From positions 1 through 19,734 of the forward strand of contig JASFEA010000048.1 in NCBI GenBank assembly GCA_050125095.1: a DNA stretch of 19,734 nt, given 5' to 3'. The stretch comes from a bacterium (lineage in GTDB: Bacteria; Arandabacterota; Arandabacteria; Arandabacterales; JALGWA01). Numbering within the stretch: position 1 is the stretch's first letter; each line of letters opens with the position of its first letter. Both the position numbers and the translations under genes were made by a program. This document shows, piece after piece, positions 16,313 through 19,734 of this stretch. The notes under the pieces are model-generated. The model was not told the DNA's origin. It did not search any database and saw only the letters and a program-made list of their open reading frames with translations.

Positions 16313-17226
16313 TCTCCACTCCTCGCGAATGCAAGTATTCCGATTGTCGCGAATTCGGCTATCGTCACCCACACCCTTGCCACGAGCGGTATGAGCGACG
16401 GGTACGGCTTCACAAACAGCGGCCCGAGCAGCATGCTGGACACTCCCTCGCGGACACCCAATCCCGCGGGAGTTACCACACTGAGAAGCCCCGCCGACCA
16501 GGAAACGGCGTTTATCCCCGAGAGCTGGCGTATGAGCGAGAACGTCCCGGCCGGGGCGGCAAGCGGGCTCGCCGGCCCGAGTTTGACAGAGGTAGCTATG
16601 AGAAAGAACCCGAGGCCGTAAACGCACCAGCATCCGGCATAGCAGGCAAGCAGCAGCAGCGCGTTACCGTAGGTCAACCGGAAGCCCGAAAGGTCGCGTC
16701 CCAGCTTGCGCAATATGGCCTTTATGAGCCTCGGATGTATGCCGATGAAAACCGCCGGCAGCAGAAGCAGCGCCAGCCAGTAGGGATAACGAAGTCCGCC
16801 GGCTCCGGCCACCGCGCCGATCGCGAATATGATAAGCGAGCTGCCCAGCACCAGCAGTATCTCAATCCCGAGCGCCACTGACGCCGTCGCCGGGGGCACA
16901 CCCTCGCGCTCGCAAAGGTATATTCTCCCCAGCGCGAACCACACCTTACCTGGAATGTACCTTCCGGCCTGGGAGAGAAACCAGATCCTCATGCTCTTTA
17001 AGAAACCCACCCGGTAACCGAAACGCCCGAGCAGGTATTGCCACAGCCCGGCATAGGCCGGGAAGACGATCGCGAAGACCCCGAAGGCCAGGGCGACGCG
17101 CCAGCCGTCGACGCTCACCTCGTAGCGGCCGATGTCCTGAAGCCCGCCCACCAGGTTCCTTATTATGAAGAAGAGGATGACCGCGGCCACCGGCAGGCCT
17201 ATGATCTTCTCCCACTTAGAGCGCAA
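16309..17226 (-). CDS. UPF0104 / lysylphosphatidylglycerol-synthase TM-domain protein (putative lipid-linked sugar flippase)
   Basis: 305 aa, multi-TM. Motifs WFLSQAGRYIPGKVW, TPAGLGVREG, LVARVW. TTG start after AGGAAGGGAAG. Confidence 0.8.
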   Translation of the reverse strand: MRSKWEKIIGLPVAAVILFFIIRNLVGGLQDIGRYEVSVDGWRVALAFGVFAIVFPAYAGLWQYLLGRFGYRVGFLKSMRIWFLSQAGRYIPGKVWFALGRIYLCEREGVPPATASVALGIEILLVLGSSLIIFAIGAVAGAGGLRYPYWLALLLLPAVFIGIHPRLIKAILRKLGRDLSGFRLTYGNALLLLACYAGCWCVYGLGFFLIATSVKLGPASPLAAPAGTFSLIRQLSGINAVSWSAGLLSVVTPAGLGVREGVSSMLLGPLFVKPYPSLIPLVARVWVTIAEFATIGILAFARSGE

Positions 17227-18352
17227 GAGGCTTCCCTTCCTGGTCGATTCGCTCCATCACTATGTCGGTTATCTTCTCGGCCGTGTGCCCGTCGCCGTAA
17301 GGGTTCTCCTCGATAACCATCTTGCGGTACTCCTTCTCCGAGTCCAAGAGCGCCGAGGCGGCGGCGACAATGTCCTCCCTTGCCGTGCCCACAACCCTGA
17401 CGGCCCCGGCCTCGACCCCCTCGGGCCGCTCGGTGACCTCGCGCATCAGCAGCACCGGCTTGCCCAGCGACGGGGCCTCTTCCTGTATGCCGCCCGAGTC
17501 GGTGATTATGAAATGGCATGACTTCAGGAGTTTTACGAACTGCATATAGTCCAGCGGCTCGACGAGCAACACTCTATCGGCTCCCCGGAGATTCCGGTCG
17601 ACCGACTCCCTCACATTGGGATTGGGATGCACCGGGAACACGACGAGCACGTCTTCATAGGCTGCCGCGATCTCGCGCAGGGCCTTCATCATATCGTCGA
17701 AGGGTTTTCCCCAGCTCTCCCGGCGGTGGGCCGTGATCGCGATTACCCGCCTGTTTTCGAAGTCGATGTCTCGAAGGGCGGGGTCGGTGAATTCGTAGTC
17801 CTTTCCGGCCACGTAGAGCAGCGCGTCGATGACCGGATTACCCACGACGAAGACGTCGCCCTCCGGAATCCCCTCCTCAAGCAGCAGATCGCGCGCCACC
17901 GCGGTCGGGGCGAAGTGAAGGTCGGATACCACCGTGGTGAGCCTGCGATTCACTTCCTCGGGGAAGGGGCTGTACTTGTTGAAGGTGCGGAGGCCTGCTT
18001 CGACGTGCCCAACCGGTATCTTGAGATAATAGGCGCAGAGACCGCCCATGAAGGTGCTCGTCGTGTCCCCCTGAACGAGCACTATGTCCGGCCGCTCGGC
18101 CGCGAACACCTCCTCGAGCCTGCGCGCGAGCCTGGCCGTTACCTCGAATAGCGACTGGTTGGGTTTCATGATGTCGAGATCGTAATCCGGCTCGAGCGAG
18201 AACACCTCCAGCACGTCGTCGCACATCTGCCTGTGCTGCGCCGTGAGAACGAGCACCGGCTCGATGCCGTCGCGGCGCTTCATCTCCAGCGCGATAGGCG
18301 CCATTTTTATGGCCTCCGGCCTGGTTCCCACTATGATCGCCGCCTTAATCAC
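17216..18352 (-). CDS. wecB: UDP-N-acetylglucosamine 2-epimerase (non-hydrolysing)
   Basis: Motifs GTRPEAIKMAP, TAQHRQM, VQGDTTS, GHVEAGLRT, SPFPEEVNR, HRRES, TDSGGIQEEAPSLGKPVL, TERPEG, NPYGDG. Confidence 0.95.
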   Translation of the reverse strand: MIKAAIIVGTRPEAIKMAPIALEMKRRDGIEPVLVLTAQHRQMCDDVLEVFSLEPDYDLDIMKPNQSLFEVTARLARRLEEVFAAERPDIVLVQGDTTSTFMGGLCAYYLKIPVGHVEAGLRTFNKYSPFPEEVNRRLTTVVSDLHFAPTAVARDLLLEEGIPEGDVFVVGNPVIDALLYVAGKDYEFTDPALRDIDFENRRVIAITAHRRESWGKPFDDMMKALREIAAAYEDVLVVFPVHPNPNVRESVDRNLRGADRVLLVEPLDYMQFVKLLKSCHFIITDSGGIQEEAPSLGKPVLLMREVTERPEGVEAGAVRVVGTAREDIVAAASALLDSEKEYRKMVIEENPYGDGHTAEKITDIVMERIDQEGKPLAL

Positions 18353-19472
18353 GCTGCCTCTCCCCGATGACCTTCATGTAAACCTCCATATGGACGTCCG
18401 CCATGCTCTGAATGCTCCAATTGGCCACCACTCTCTCCCTTGCCGCCCGGCCCAGCTTCAGCCGATCCGCATCGCGGGCCGCCTTCAATATGGCCCCGGC
18501 GGCCGCCTCGGGCGATCCGGACTCGAAAAGAAGGCCCACGCTTTCGTCTATTATTTCCGGGAGCCCGCCGACGCGCGAGGCGGCAACCGTCCTCTCGCAG
18601 GACATGGCCTCCAGCGCCGCTATCGAAGTCGCCTCAACCAGCGACGGTATTACGATGAGATCGGCGGAGGAGTATACATTGGGCATTTTGACGTTCTCCA
18701 CCGAACCCATGAACTCGATCCTGTCCCTTACCCCGAGGCCTCTGGCAAGACTTTCGAGCTCCTGCCTCAGCGGGCCGTCGCCCGCGAGATACGCCCTGAC
18801 CGGCATCTCCCGGGCGACCAGTGGAAGCGCCCGCACCAGGTATTCCACGCCGTTCTTGGTGACCAGGCGCCTGGGACATACTATCACGAAGACCCCTTCG
18901 GGCCTCTCGAGGCAGGGCTCCGAGGGCCGGAAGGTATCGGTGTCTATGCCGTTTACTATCGGCAGGGTATACGCACCCGGCAGCATATCCCGGACAACCC
19001 CGTCTATCTCCTCGCTGGTCGAGAGCAGCGCGCCAGCCTTCATGAGCAGCAGCTTCATCACGTGCCGCATCAGAGGGTTGCGCGCCAGCCTCAGGAAATG
19101 CGACGAGTGAACGGTGACGACAAGCGGGGAGCCCCGGAAGACCGCAGCGACGTCGCCGCCAAGCGCCGAGGCGAAAGTGTGGCAGTGGACTATGTCGCAG
19201 CCGCCGGCCAGGCGGACGATGTCAGGGGCCGAAGATAAGCTCCCCAGGGACCAGCCGATGAAGTGCTTGCCGAAGGAGGCCAGCCTGGTGACCTCTATGC
19301 CGTCCATGTTCTCCCGCCGGGGAGACCCGGACTCGGTATGAGTCGTGACGACATGGACGCCGTGGCCCCTACGGACCAGCTCCCGCGCCAGATAGTAGAC
19401 GTGGCTTTCGATCCCGCCCACTCTCGGGGGGAAGTAAATACTGGGCATGAGGATTCTAAGCCTGTCGCTCAC
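18345..19472 (-). CDS. GT4 family glycosyltransferase
   Basis: Motifs YFPPRVGGIESH, DIVHCH, VVTVHS, IVNGIDT, RRLVTKNG, AGDGPLR, PSLVEATSIAALEAMS (Ex7E), SRVGGLPEII. Confidence 0.9.
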   Translation of the reverse strand: MSDRLRILMPSIYFPPRVGGIESHVYYLARELVRRGHGVHVVTTHTESGSPRRENMDGIEVTRLASFGKHFIGWSLGSLSSAPDIVRLAGGCDIVHCHTFASALGGDVAAVFRGSPLVVTVHSSHFLRLARNPLMRHVMKLLLMKAGALLSTSEEIDGVVRDMLPGAYTLPIVNGIDTDTFRPSEPCLERPEGVFVIVCPRRLVTKNGVEYLVRALPLVAREMPVRAYLAGDGPLRQELESLARGLGVRDRIEFMGSVENVKMPNVYSSADLIVIPSLVEATSIAALEAMSCERTVAASRVGGLPEIIDESVGLLFESGSPEAAAGAILKAARDADRLKLGRAARERVVANWSIQSMADVHMEVYMKVIGERQRD

Positions 19473-19734
19473 TTGCCGGCCCCTTGCTTGTCCACGTTGA
19501 GTTTTACCACCATGTTAAGCGGCTCGCCGGTAGCGTAAACGGTCTTAACGGAATCTATCATATCGAGAAGCACCGGTAAAACATATAACTCGGTCGTGCC
19601 CGTCGGCCCCCCGAAGTAGTCGATGATGATGTAGTCGGCTCTCCATTCGTCGAAGTAGTCCATCATCTCCTGGTGGTCCCGGGTGAAAGGGTAGGAAATC
19701 GTCTTGCGGTCCGAGAACAGGTTGAAGAAGAACG
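19469..19734 (-). CDS. C-terminal end of an upstream operon gene, probably a GT-C (ArnT/PMT-like) membrane glycosyltransferase; partial
   Basis: The frame is open to the window edge: FFFNLFSDRKTISYPFTRDHQEMMDYFDEWRADYIIIDYF...ELYVLPVL...; its stop overlaps the GT4 start (GTGA). It resembles the periplasmic tails of GT39/ArnT-like proteins, but only 87 codons are visible. Confidence 0.45.
   Translation of the reverse strand, partial: FFFNLFSDRKTISYPFTRDHQEMMDYFDEWRADYIIIDYFGGPTGTTELYVLPVLLDMIDSVKTVYATGEPLNMVVKLNVDKQGAGK

Noticed and set aside
16313-16633. N-terminal extension of the 901-aa ORF in the track
   Set aside because: It overlaps the UPF0104 gene out of frame and reads as non-protein-like. 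The ATG at 16312 has an SD and an ATGA overlap.
19469-19666. Stand-alone 65-aa small protein
   Set aside because: The frame stays open to the window edge, so it is the tail of a longer gene.
1-19734. CRISPR arrays, tRNA/rRNA, transposases, integrases, phage or defence genes
   Set aside because: None seen. The window is almost fully coding, with only two intergenic spacers over 100 nt.

Overview
GC-rich bacterial window with every real gene on the minus strand. Positions 2605-19734 form one tightly packed, translationally coupled cell-envelope glycan operon. In transcription order it encodes: a partial GT-C-like membrane protein, a GT4, wecB, a UPF0104/LPG-synthase-TM flippase, a YfhO-type GT-C, a DPM1-like polyprenol-P-sugar synthase, a GT2 fused to a degenerate WbaP/WcaJ-like module, a PorZ-like beta-propeller protein, an ArnA/UXS-like SDR, a DegT aminotransferase, a GNAT/FemAB-like protein, an amidohydrolase, a GT-B and a Wzx flippase. 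Downstream, a near-consensus sigma70 promoter drives a secreted HExxH metalloprotease with a T9SS-type/FlgD-Ig C-terminal domain, followed by a partial PrsA/PpiC-like lipoprotein that the ORF track missed. The main candidate for novelty is the PorZ-like gene embedded in an aminosugar/N-acyl/Wzx cluster next to a CTD-bearing cargo. This suggests a self-contained glycolipid anchor locus for T9SS-like secreted proteins, in a host whose sigma70 promoter and strong Shine-Dalgarno sites point away from classical Bacteroidia. All family calls come from motif recognition by eye; no searches were run.
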